Below are positions 9,012 to 19,000 of a stretch of DNA of 64,000 bases, piece after piece. The stretch comes from an uncultured Holophagae bacterium (lineage in GTDB: Bacteria > Acidobacteriota > Thermoanaerobaculia > Thermoanaerobaculales > Sulfomarinibacteraceae). Location of the stretch: NCBI GenBank assembly GCA_963714385.1, contig CAVQOJ010000001.1:299399-363398 (forward strand), written 5' to 3'. Each line of letters begins with the position of its first letter. The first letter of the stretch is position 1. The notes under the pieces are model-generated. The model did no database searches, was not told the origin of the DNA, and worked only from the letters and a program-made list of their open reading frames with translations. The translations under genes were made by a program, and so were the position numbers.

Positions 9012-10739
9012 ATGACAGCTCGCCAGATTCGTAATGTGGTTTGCTCCCTCTTCATCGCCTCGTTGCCTGCAGTCCAGGCGTCGGCCGTGCGCCAGCCCGA
9101 GCCCACTGGCCTCGAGGTGGGGATCCGCGCCGCGGCTCCGACCCAGGCCCACGATCGGATGCTGGTCAACCTCGAGACCGGGACTCCGGTGGCGCTGTAC
9201 CAGGTGGACTTCGCGGTCCGTCCGGGAGCGCCGGAAGACCAGACCCGGGAGTACCTCCGGGCCGAGGCCGCCACGCTGGGTCTCCTTCACGCCGCCCTCG
9301 GGGACCTGGTCCACCACGCCAGCCGGACCACCCCGGCCGGCTCCACCGTCCGCTTCCGCCAGCACCTGGACGGCGTGCCCGTCTACGGCGCCGAGGTCAC
9401 GGTGACCCTGAACAACCACAACCAGGTGGTCTTTGTCACCAGCACCTACGAGCCGAGGGTCTCCCTCCGCTCCACCGAGCCGACCCTGACCGCCGACCAA
9501 ACCCGGACGATCGCGAACCGGCACCTCGCTGTCGAGGGTCCGAGCCTGCACGACAGTCAAAACCTCATGGTGTACCAGGACGCTGACCGCACCCGGCTCG
9601 TCTACCGCCTCGTGACGACTCCGCAGGTCAGCCCGCGCGGCGAGTGGGAGGTGCTGGTGGACGCCCACGACGGCACCATCGTCCGTGCCGCAGACATCGC
9701 CTACTACGTGGACGGCTCCGGCAGGGCCTTCGACCCCGACCCGCTGTCCTCGGCCCACGCCACCTACGGCCAGACCGGATTCACCGACGGCGGCGACGCC
9801 GACACCCCCCAGCTCACCGCCGAGGCCTTCGTCCGCGACCTGCTGGACATCACTGAGGCCGGCGGCACCTACACCCTGCGCGGACCGTACGCCTACATCC
9901 TCGACTTCGAGGCGCCCTACAAGGGGATATTCAGTCAGACCTCGTCCACCTGGGACTTCACCCGGAACGCCGACGCCTTCGAGGCGGTCATGGGCTACTA
10001 CCACATCGACACCTTCATGCGCTACATCAACGAGACCCTGGCGGTCCCGGTGATGCCGTACCAGTACCCCACCGGCGTCGTCTTCGATCCGAGCGGCCTT
10101 AGCGGCGCCGACAACTCCCACTACACCTCCGCCGGGCGCCTGGCGTTTGGCGAGGGCGGCGTCGACGACGCAGAGGACGCCGATGTGCTGATCCACGAGC
10201 TCGGTCACGGCCTCCACGACTGGCTCACCTCGGGCGGCCTGTCCCAGGTGACCGGCCTCAGTGAGGGCGTGGGCGACTACTGCGCGGTGTCGTACAGCCG
10301 CTCCTTCGGCCACTGGCTGCCGAGCGAGGCCCAGTACACCTGGGTCTTCGACTGGGACGGCCACAACCCGTTCTGGCCCGGCCGAAACGTCAACTGGGTG
10401 GACACCCACCCCTGGCCCACCGGGCTCACCGGTGACCTCTATCAAAACGGCCTGATCTGGGCCGGCTGCATGATGCGGGTGTGGGACGCCGTCGGCCGCG
10501 AGCAATCTGACCGGGCGTTCTTCGTCGGCCTGAGCTACACCAATGCCGGGTCGAACCAGGACGTCGCCGCTCACGCCGTGCTCCAGGCGTCCATGGACCT
10601 CGGCTATCCCATCGAGGACCAGGTGGCCATCGCCACCGCGCTGGCCAGCTGCGGCTACACCGTGGAGATCCCGGGACCGCTGTTCGCCGACGGCTTCGAG
10701 TCGGGAGATACCACCGCATGGTCGGTAACCGTCCCGTAG
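9012..10739 (+). CDS. Secreted zinc metalloprotease (HExxH; M4/M36-like with an N-terminal propeptide) ending in a GFESGD-W tail
   Basis: Signal peptide MTARQIRNVVCSLFIASLPAVQASA. HELGHGLHDW is the zinc-binding motif. The C-terminus is ...LFADGFESGDTTAWSVTVP*. Exact peptidase family is not certain. Confidence 0.8.
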   Translation: MTARQIRNVVCSLFIASLPAVQASAVRQPEPTGLEVGIRAAAPTQAHDRMLVNLETGTPVALYQVDFAVRPGAPEDQTREYLRAEAATLGLLHAALGDLVHHASRTTPAGSTVRFRQHLDGVPVYGAEVTVTLNNHNQVVFVTSTYEPRVSLRSTEPTLTADQTRTIANRHLAVEGPSLHDSQNLMVYQDADRTRLVYRLVTTPQVSPRGEWEVLVDAHDGTIVRAADIAYYVDGSGRAFDPDPLSSAHATYGQTGFTDGGDADTPQLTAEAFVRDLLDITEAGGTYTLRGPYAYILDFEAPYKGIFSQTSSTWDFTRNADAFEAVMGYYHIDTFMRYINETLAVPVMPYQYPTGVVFDPSGLSGADNSHYTSAGRLAFGEGGVDDAEDADVLIHELGHGLHDWLTSGGLSQVTGLSEGVGDYCAVSYSRSFGHWLPSEAQYTWVFDWDGHNPFWPGRNVNWVDTHPWPTGLTGDLYQNGLIWAGCMMRVWDAVGREQSDRAFFVGLSYTNAGSNQDVAAHAVLQASMDLGYPIEDQVAIATALASCGYTVEIPGPLFADGFESGDTTAWSVTVP

Positions 10740-10742
10740 GCA

Positions 10743-10888
10743 AATTGAAGATTGAAGATTGAAGATTGAAAATTTCCCCACCCACCCCTTGGCAAGCTCG
10801 TTGAGGGAGGTTTTCCGAATTCCGAATTCCGAATTCGGATTTCTAAGGCGCTGATAACTAAGAACTAAGAACTCAAAACTCAAAACTC
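10743..10888. repeat. Cluster of heptamer tandem repeats: (AAGATTG)x3-4, (GAATTCC)x4, (ACTAAGA)x2(ACTCAAA)x2
   Basis: Sequence is aattgaagattgaagattgaagattgaaaatt ... ccgaattccgaattccgaattcgg ... actaagaactaagaactcaaaactcaaaactc. It lies between the protease and icmF. Confidence 0.85.
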
Positions 10889-10932
10889 CCGCGCCGATCC
10901 TGCTATCATCGAGGCCGATGCTGGGAGGTCCG

Positions 10933-13900
10933 ATGGCCGCACCCGATCGCTACACACCAAAGAACAACGTCCGGTTCGTCACCGCCGCCTCGCTGTTCGA
11001 CGGCCACGACGCGGCGATCAACATCATGCGGCGCATTCTCCAGGCCCACGGCGCCGAGGTCGTCCACCTCGGTCACAACCGCTCCGTGGCTCAGATCGTC
11101 GACGCCGCCATTCAGGAGGATGCCCAGGGCATCGCGGTGTCCTCCTACCAGGGCGGCCACATCGAGTTCTTCAAGTACATGATCGATCTCCTGAAGGAGC
11201 GCGGGGCAACCCACGTCAAGGTCTTCGGCGGCGGTGGCGGGGTCATCGTGCCGCGCGAGATCGCCGAGCTCGAGGCCTACGGCGTCACCAAGATCTTCTC
11301 GCCAGAGGACGGCCGCGAGATGGGCCTCGACGGCATGATCGAGCTGATGATCTCGACCGCCGACTTCGACCCCGCCGCTCTCGAGTCCCCCGGGCCGATG
11401 GGGGCGGAGTCGGACCGCTGGCTGGCGGTGTCGCGATCCATCACGCGGGCCGAAGAAGGGCTCGAGGTCGAGTTCGGCAAGCCCGACTCGCCGGCGCCGG
11501 TGCTGGGAATCACCGGCACCGGGGGCGCCGGCAAATCGTCGGTCAACGACGAGCTCGTGTTGCGCTTCCTGGCCGATTTTCCGGAGCTCACCATCGCCAT
11601 CCTGTCGGTGGACCCCACCAAGCGCAAAACCGGCGGCGCCCTGCTCGGCGATCGAATCCGGCTCAACTCCCTCGGTTCCGAGCGGGTCTTCATGCGGTCG
11701 CTGGCCACCCGGCAGGCACATCGCGCCCTGTCCGCCCACATCGAGCAGTCCATCGCCATCTGCCAGGCGGCCGGGTTCGACCTGATCCTGGTGGAGTCCT
11801 CGGGCATCGGCCAGGCCGACTCGGAGATCGTCGATATCTCCGACCTGTCGCTGTACGTGATGACGCCGGAGTACGGCGCGGCCATGCAGCTCGAGAAGAT
11901 CGACATGCTCGACTACGCCGACTTCGTGGCCATCAACAAGTTCGACCGGCCCAAGGCCCTGGACGCCCTGCGCGACGTCCGCAAGCAGTACCGCCGGACC
12001 CGCGACCTCTTCGAGGGACCGGCCGATGAGGAGCTGCCGGTCTACGCGACGATCGCCAGTCAGTTCCACGACCACGGGGTCAACCACCTCTACCAGGGCA
12101 TCGTAGGCCGTCTCGAGGACCGCTTCGGCCCGCCATGGACCCTCGACGGCACGGCGGCGGTGCCGGCGGCCCTCCCCCACCGCCATCCCACCATCCCTGG
12201 CGACCGGACCGGGTACCTGCGCGAGATCTCCCGCACCGTCCGTTCCTACAAGACATGGGCCGAGCAGCAGGTCCGGTTGGCGGACCGGCTCTACCAGCTG
12301 GTGGGCGCCCGGGCCATCCTGTGCCCCCGCGAGGGCAACGGGACCCCCGAGGACCTGTGGCACCTGTTCGAAGAGATCACGGGCGGCACGGCCCAGGCCG
12401 CGCCGGAGCTCGCCGAGCTCGACGCTCAGATCCGGCGGCAGGCGGCCGATCTGGACGACGACTCCAGGCAGCTGATCGCGGCGTGGCCCGGCATCCTGCG
12501 CGACTACGCCCGCGACGAGTTCTCCTACACCGTGCGCGGCCGCGAGATCCACGTGCCGCTGACCACCACCTCCCTGGCCGGCACCAAGATCCCCAAGGTT
12601 CAGCCGCCACGGCGCATGACCTGGCCCGGCATCCTCAGCTACCTGTTCCTGGAGAACGTGCCCGGGGCTTTTCCCTATACCGCCGGCGTCTTCCCCCTCA
12701 AGCGCACCCAGGAGCTGCCGACCCGGATGTTCGCCGGCGAGGGCGGACCGGAGCGCACCAACCGGCGGTTTCATCTGCTGGCCGAAGGTCAGGAGGCGAC
12801 CCGCCTGTCCACCGCCTTCGACTCGGTCACCCTCTACGGAGAGGACCCGGACGAGCGGCCCGACATCTGGGGCAAGGTGGGCGAGGCCGGCGTCTCCATC
12901 TGCACCGTCGAGGACATGGAACGGCTCTACGCCGGCTTCGACCTGTGCGACCCGACGACCTCGGTCTCGATGACCATCAACGGTCCGGCGCCGATGATCC
13001 TGGCGATGTTCTTCAACGCTGCGGCCCGCCAGCAGGCACGCAAACGGCTGATTTCGTCGAAGCGGCTCGATGCCCCTCGCTCCGAGGCGTTTCAACCGGT
13101 GATCGGCGGCAAGACCTGGGACGAAATCGAGCCCCTGCTCGAGGCGGGCGAGTGGGAGGAGATCCTCCGCTCCACCATGAAGATCATCCGCGGCACCGTC
13201 CAGGCCGACATCCTCAAGGAGGACCAGGCCCAGAACACGTGCATCTTCTCCACCGAGTTCGCGCTGCGCATGATGGCCGACATCCAGCAGCTGTTCTGCA
13301 CCCAAAACGTCCGCAACTTCTACTCGGTGTCGATCTCGGGCTACCACATCGCCGAGGCCGGCGCCAACCCGATCAGCCAGCTCGCCTTCACCCTGGCCAA
13401 CGGCTTCACCTACGTCGAGACCTACCTCGCCCGCGGCATGCACATCGACGACTTCGCCCACAACCTGAGCTTCTTCTTCTCCAACGGCATGGATCCGGAG
13501 TACACCGTGATCGGCCGCGTTGCCCGGCGGATCTGGTCGATCGCCATCCGCAACCGCTACGGCGGCAACGAGCGGTCGCAGAAGCTCAAGTACCACATCC
13601 AAACCTCCGGCCGATCCCTGCACGCGATGGAAATCTCCTTCAACGACATCCGCACCACCCTGCAGGCCCTGCTGGCCATGGCCGACAACTGCAACTCGCT
13701 GCACACCAACGCCTTCGACGAGGCCATCACGACCCCCACCGAGGAGTCCTCGCGCCGCGCCGTCGCGATCCAGCTCATCAACGCCATGGAGTTCGGCCTG
13801 CTCAAGAACGAGAACCCCCTCCAGGGCTCCCACATCGTCGAGTGGCTCACCGACGGGCTGGAGAAGGCCGTCCTCGAGGAGTTCGAGCGGCTTTCGGAGC

Positions 13901-14286
13901 GGGGCGACGTGCTCGGCGCCATGGAAACCATGTACCAGCGCGGCAAAATCCAGGAGGAGAGCCTCCACTACGAGCGCCTCAAGCACACCGGTGGCTACCC
14001 CATCGTCGGCGTCAACACCTACGTCGATCCCGAGTCCGAAGAGGTCTCCGACACCCCCCTCACCCGCGCCACCCCGGACGAGAAGAACGCCCGCCTCGAG
14101 CACCTGCGCGATTTCAAGGGGCGGCACGCGGACCATTCGGCCAAAGCCCTCGCGCGGCTCCAGGACGTCGCCCGCGACGGCGGCAACATCTTCGAGGAGC
14201 TGCTGACCACCGTCCGCTCCTGCTCTCTCGGCCAGATCTCCAACGCCCTTTATGAGGTGGGCGGGCAGTACCGGAGGAACATGTAG
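10933..14286 (+). CDS. icmF: Fused isobutyryl-CoA mutase IcmF (B12-binding domain + MeaB-like G-protein + mutase substrate domain)
   Basis: N-terminus is [25 protein letters not shown] (B12-binding). [12 protein letters not shown] is a P-loop (MeaB/ArgK-like). The C-terminal approx 600 aa are the methylmalonyl-CoA mutase-like barrel. GGGAGG lies 5 nt before ATG 10933; an in-frame ATG at 10918 is also possible. Confidence 0.85.
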   Translation: MAAPDRYTPKNNVRFVTAASLFDGHDAAINIMRRILQAHGAEVVHLGHNRSVAQIVDAAIQEDAQGIAVSSYQGGHIEFFKYMIDLLKERGATHVKVFGGGGGVIVPREIAELEAYGVTKIFSPEDGREMGLDGMIELMISTADFDPAALESPGPMGAESDRWLAVSRSITRAEEGLEVEFGKPDSPAPVLGITGTGGAGKSSVNDELVLRFLADFPELTIAILSVDPTKRKTGGALLGDRIRLNSLGSERVFMRSLATRQAHRALSAHIEQSIAICQAAGFDLILVESSGIGQADSEIVDISDLSLYVMTPEYGAAMQLEKIDMLDYADFVAINKFDRPKALDALRDVRKQYRRTRDLFEGPADEELPVYATIASQFHDHGVNHLYQGIVGRLEDRFGPPWTLDGTAAVPAALPHRHPTIPGDRTGYLREISRTVRSYKTWAEQQVRLADRLYQLVGARAILCPREGNGTPEDLWHLFEEITGGTAQAAPELAELDAQIRRQAADLDDDSRQLIAAWPGILRDYARDEFSYTVRGREIHVPLTTTSLAGTKIPKVQPPRRMTWPGILSYLFLENVPGAFPYTAGVFPLKRTQELPTRMFAGEGGPERTNRRFHLLAEGQEATRLSTAFDSVTLYGEDPDERPDIWGKVGEAGVSICTVEDMERLYAGFDLCDPTTSVSMTINGPAPMILAMFFNAAARQQARKRLISSKRLDAPRSEAFQPVIGGKTWDEIEPLLEAGEWEEILRSTMKIIRGTVQADILKEDQAQNTCIFSTEFALRMMADIQQLFCTQNVRNFYSVSISGYHIAEAGANPISQLAFTLANGFTYVETYLARGMHIDDFAHNLSFFFSNGMDPEYTVIGRVARRIWSIAIRNRYGGNERSQKLKYHIQTSGRSLHAMEISFNDIRTTLQALLAMADNCNSLHTNAFDEAITTPTEESSRRAVAIQLINAMEFGLLKNENPLQGSHIVEWLTDGLEKAVLEEFERLSERGDVLGAMETMYQRGKIQEESLHYERLKHTGGYPIVGVNTYVDPESEEVSDTPLTRATPDEKNARLEHLRDFKGRHADHSAKALARLQDVARDGGNIFEELLTTVRSCSLGQISNALYEVGGQYRRNM

Positions 14287-14313
14287 GTACGATGTATCGT
14301 ACTGAAGAAAAGG

Positions 14314-14436
14314 ATGTACACAATGGGAGACAAAGGCGGGAAAAAAGACAAGGACAAGAGTCAGAAACAAAAGAAGAGTAAACAAGAACAAGACACAAAA
14401 AAGAAATATGACAAGCAACCCAAACGAGCTCCGTAG
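14314..14436 (+). CDS. Small lysine-rich basic protein (40 aa), hypothetical
   Basis: Reads MYTMGDKGGKKDKDKSQKQKKSKQEQDTKKKYDKQPKRAP*. AAGGA lies upstream and the region is AT-rich. It is below the ORF-track size cut-off, so it is speculative. Confidence 0.3.
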   Translation: MYTMGDKGGKKDKDKSQKQKKSKQEQDTKKKYDKQPKRAP

Positions 14437-15060
14437 TCCGTTGCTACAAAAAACGTAGACTCGACGGATTCACAGTTCAGTGTCCGCCAAACCGGGGCAG
14501 CTCGATGGATAGCCGGATGAAGCCGTTTGCTACCAAACAACCCTCGCCTGACATTTCGTTGCAGCGGACCCGAACCCCTCCGGGGTCCGGTCCGCTGAAC
14601 TCGGACCGTTAGGTTCGTAAAAGTGCCAGGCACCTGGGTATTGATGTTACAGCCTCACCCATTCTTATTCGACCTGACTATGACCGAATCCAGCCGTTGA
14701 CATCGGTGCCAGGCGCCCATGCTGTCAACTCCAGATACTGAAGACACGTTGACGCCGGACGTTCACGACTGGGCTCGATATACTCCTGTGATTCTTGTCC
14801 CAGCATCGGCGGCAGGAGAGACCTTCTTAACTTTGTTCGCTTTGGGTCTCCCCTCCCCGTTTTCTCCACAATTCGCCCAGCGCTCAAGAAAGTTGACGAC
14901 GTTTCTCCTGGCAACAATTTAACCGCGCCCACCTCGAATAGTATTATCCTGGAATCAGGAGACATGCGGTGAGAGATCTCACCCGACCAGGATTCTGTGA
15001 GCACGCTCCCCGATCACGTTTCCATCCGATTCTCTAGTATCGCCAACAGTAGTTAGGCCC

Positions 15061-15474
15061 TTGGTAATGAAATTAGTTACGGCTCGCGTGATCGTGATCA
15101 TATCGACCATCCTGGTCACAGCGGCGGTCACGGTGGCGTTCTTAGCTGGTCCGGAACTTGGCTCTGCGTATCTTCTGACAACTGGAATCGACGGCAAGGA
15201 ACTTCCACGCTTGACTGACGGACTCTCTCTGCCCCTCCTACGAATAGAGCCCGTCAGCGCCCATGATCGGCCAGTCACAGCCCCATGGTCTGCGATTGTC
15301 TGGGCAATCCTCCTCCTGGGCCCAGCTTCGATAGCGTTGTGGTCGTTTAGGGCCGGCTCCCCAGAAGCAACCATCACGAAATGGACTGCGGGCAGCCTTG
15401 TGTATGCTCAACTGGTCCTTCTTCTGCTGGCTATGGTGTTTCTCGGCTTGGTGCTACCATTTGCGTGCCTGTAA
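15061..15474 (+). CDS. Small membrane protein (hypothetical, about 4 TM) inside an AT-rich islet
   Basis: 137 aa with hydrophobic stretches VIVIISTILVTAAVTVAFLAG, AIVWAILLLGPASIALWSF and LVYAQLVLLLLAMVFLGLVLPFACL. GC is clearly lower than in the flanking genes. Confidence 0.4.
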   Translation: MVMKLVTARVIVIISTILVTAAVTVAFLAGPELGSAYLLTTGIDGKELPRLTDGLSLPLLRIEPVSAHDRPVTAPWSAIVWAILLLGPASIALWSFRAGSPEATITKWTAGSLVYAQLVLLLLAMVFLGLVLPFACL

Positions 15475-15536
15475 GGTCCAACATGAGAATCACGCCCAAC
15501 ACACTCGTTTCACGGGACCGAAATTAGTGCCACCCA

Positions 15537-16052
15537 TTAGAAAGTCTCGCCGAAACGCTCCGGGGCCGTCATCTCTGCCGCTGTCGCGGCCATGCTCTGG
15601 TCCGGGCGATCGAGCTCCGCCGCGTGCTCCGGGTCGTTGATCCGGCACTTCGCTCCCTCCCCCGCCCACCAGCTCGCCACCTGCAACCGGTTGAACACGA
15701 GGTACGGACCGCCGTCGGTTTCGAACTGAGTGCCGATACTGAGTGCCAGGGCCGACACTTTTGACACTTTTTGGCCCCCGCGGTCGTTCACCGATCTGAA
15801 ACTGTCAGGAATGTCGGCCCCGGCACTGTGCACGTCGGCACTGAGGCGACGGCGTTGTTTGAGCAGCCCGAGGAATTTTTTCGAGAAAACGTCTCGTTTC
15901 GAATGTGGCCACACTGTAGAGTGATGGATTCGATCATGCCCCTCAGTGAAGCCCGCATTGGCGACAGAGTTCAATGCACACATGAATCTGGGGGAAAGCC
16001 GCACCTCGATGCCTGCGCCCGTGGCATCTGGAGCGGCCCTGAGATGATCCAT
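15537..16052 (-). CDS. Hypothetical protein (start uncertain: Met at 16052 or 15983)
   Basis: The C-terminal 65 codons (15540-15740) have GC3 around 85%, typical of this genome's real genes. The N-terminal part runs into lower-GC DNA. No recognisable domain. Confidence 0.35.
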   Translation of the reverse strand: MDHLRAAPDATGAGIEVRLSPRFMCALNSVANAGFTEGHDRIHHSTVWPHSKRDVFSKKFLGLLKQRRRLSADVHSAGADIPDSFRSVNDRGGQKVSKVSALALSIGTQFETDGGPYLVFNRLQVASWWAGEGAKCRINDPEHAAELDRPDQSMAATAAEMTAPERFGETF

Positions 16053-16077
16053 GAGATTCACTAAAGGACTCAGACCA

Positions 16078-19000
16078 ATGAACCTCTTCTGTAAAAAGCC
16101 CCAAGCTGCTCGTGGAAACCGCCAAGCCGCACAACGCCTACAGCGAGTCCTCGGTCTCGTATTTCTTCTGCTGGCAGCTCCGGCCGCAGCGCAGTGGAGC
16201 ACGCAGAGTCCCCTGCCAACCTACCTGGATGTCCGGGGCGTCGCAGCGCCGACGGCCGAGCGAGTCTTTATCGCCACCGACGACAACTCCTTCGATGACG
16301 GAGGTGCTCTTTTCGAGTCGGCCGACGGCGGGGCCAGCTGGGTCCAGCGCGATGTGCCCTTCAGCCTGGGCTCTCCGCTCAACGGGATCTTCTTCCTGGA
16401 CGAACTGAATGGTTGGACCTGGGGCAACGCCAACTACCGTACGACCGACGGTGGGACCACGTGGACCGAGCTGCCTTTCCTGGGCTCGACGTATTTCATG
16501 GAGTTCTACTCGGCCAGTTTCGGCTTGGCCTCGGGCAACTTCGACAGCTACATCAGCCGCGACGGCGGGCTGTCGTGGGACCCCTCACCGAATGACATCT
16601 TCGCGTTTGATTTCGCGGATGACCTGACCGGGCTGGGCGTCTCCGCCACCGGCCTCTACCGCACAAGCGACGGCGGCGCCACGTTGACCCAGGTCCACGC
16701 CGGCGACGCGGACGCGGTGGCCTTCCTCTCGGCGTCTGTCGCAGTGGGCATCGTGGACGGTGCCTTCGTGCGTTCGACTGACGGAGGTGTCACCTGGTCC
16801 GCGGGTGCATCGGCCGACGGTCGAAGTCGTCTCGTTGCGGTCTCGGCCGACGTCGTGCTGGCGTGGGGCCGGGCCGGCGCCTATCCGGACTACGACGACC
16901 GTATCTTCCGGTCCTCTGACGCCGGCCAGACCTGGACTGACCTCGGCGAGGTTATGGATCCGGGCGCTTTCGCCGCGTCCTTCGCCTTTGCCGTGCCGGA
17001 CTCGCAGACCGTGGTCGGTTCCGACGGCGCGGGAAACATGTACCACTCCCCGGACGCGGGCCAGACGTGGGTGCAGGCCTTCGCCTCGCCAGGACTCCAG
17101 CCCAGCTTTCTGGGCAGCGCCGCGCCAGCCTTTGCCGACCCGCTGACGGGCTATTTCGGCTACGGCGCCGGCTTCGTCATCAAGACGGTCGACGGTGGCG
17201 CCAGCTGGACGCAGATCTCGAGCGGCTCCGGGAATTCCATCACCGATATGGATCGCTTCGCCGACGGCAACCTGATCGCGGTCGGGGAGAACGGCACCGT
17301 TCTGACCAGCACGGGCACGACGCCGTGGACTCTTCACGCGCCGTTTACGACATCTCACGTCCGGGCGGTGCAGGTCATCGGTCCGCAGGAAGTCGTGGCC
17401 GTGGACGAGGCCGCCCGCGTGTACAGCAGTGCCGATGGCGGCGCCACGTGGGCGGCTGCGGCGACGACGCCCCCGAATCTCGAGGCGGAGGATCTTTTCT
17501 TCACCACCCTCCTCGACGGATGGGTCACCGGCTTCGGCTTCGGGGGTGCGGCCGTGTTCCACACGACCGATGGCGGCGCCACGTGGACGTCCGTTCCCGG
17601 TTTTTCTGGGGCCTACGTCGCCGTGGATTTCGCAGGCCAGAACGGCTGGGCGGCAAACGTCAGCGGGCGCTACTACCGCAGCATTGACGGCGGCGCGACG
17701 TGGATGCAGGGAGACCTTCCCGGCTCCCCGCTCCAGATCCAGGACATGGATTTCTTCGACGTGAGCATCGGCTACGCGGTCGGCTGGTGGGGGTATGCGG
17801 TTCGCAGCGACGACGGGGGCGCGACCTGGCAGGTTTTGCCCACACCCAACGGAAACGACCAGCTCACCGACATATACCTGCTCGGCCCCAACGAGCTGTG
17901 GGTCAGCACGAACGCCGGAGTGGCCTACTACTCGGCCACGGGCGGCCAGAACTGGGCCGTTCTCGACACCGGGTCGGCGGGCTTCGGCAACTTCTCGGCC
18001 ATCGCCGCCACGCCGGAAGGGGATGCCTGGACAGCCGGTTTTCAGGGCTACATCGAGCACTTCGCGGGGCCGCCCCCGCCGCCGCTGAATCGACCGCCAG
18101 AAGCGTCCTTTGGCTTTGTCACCACGGGACTGTCCGTCGCTCTCACCGACACCAGCACCGATCCCGACGGCACGATCGTCAGCTGGGACTGGGACTTCGG
18201 AGACGGCAACACGTCGACCGAGCAACACCCGACGCACGTGTTCGCGACGGCCAACACGTACCACGTGCGCTTGACCGTGACCGATGACGACGGCGCCACC
18301 GGCGGCGCCCTCCGGTTCATCGCGGTCCAGCCCGGTCCGGGCGGCACCTTCGGCGACTTCACCGAGGTGACCCCGCTCGATCCGCTCTTCGTGACGCCGC
18401 AGAACGAGGATTTCTGGGTGGCCACCACCGCGCCCGCCGACTACGACGGCGACGGCGATCTCGACATCGCAGTCCTCGGGTTCTACGTCATCTACAACAC
18501 GAGCGTGGAAGAGCGCCTCGTCCTGCTCCGAAACGACGGGCCGGCGGATGCCCAAGAGTGGGAATTCGCCTACATCGACGTGCCACTCGGCACGCTGACC
18601 GCGGGGGCGTCGGATCTCGCCTGGGGCGATGTGGATGGCGACGGAGACCAGGATCTCGCGGTCGGTACCGACGGCCAGACGGTGATCTACCGCAACGACG
18701 CCGGCACCCTGGCGGCTACCGACACCGTGCTGCCCACCTACTGGGAGGAGAACGACCAGGCCGACTTCGATCTTCGCTCAATCACCTGGGCGGACTACGA
18801 CAACGACGGTGACATCGATCTCCTGCTGCCCTCCGTCTGGGACGACAGCACGTACACCTACCGCACCGCCTTGATGCGGAACGACGGCGCCAACGGCACC
18901 GGCGGGTGGAACTTCACCGAGGTGACCGCGGAATTCGCGCCGACCGGCCACGCCCAGAGCGCCTGGGCCGACTACGACGACGACCTGGACCTCGACCTGC

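Noticed and set aside
8655-10883. 742-aa minus-strand ORF
   Set aside because: Fully antisense to the HExxH metalloprotease, with no domain content and a G/R/A-rich composition.
10906-14418. 1170-aa minus-strand ORF and 706-aa + strand ORF (12135-14255)
   Set aside because: Both overlap icmF, which has unambiguous B12, P-loop and mutase motifs in another frame. They are low-complexity frame shadows.
14440-15060. Possible tRNA or tmRNA in the AT-rich non-coding stretch
   Set aside because: No T-loop (GTTCRANYC) or cloverleaf-compatible segments found by eye. Left as an unexplained non-coding region.
16585-18555. 656-aa minus-strand ORF
   Set aside because: Antisense to the BNR/PKD/FG-GAP giant gene.
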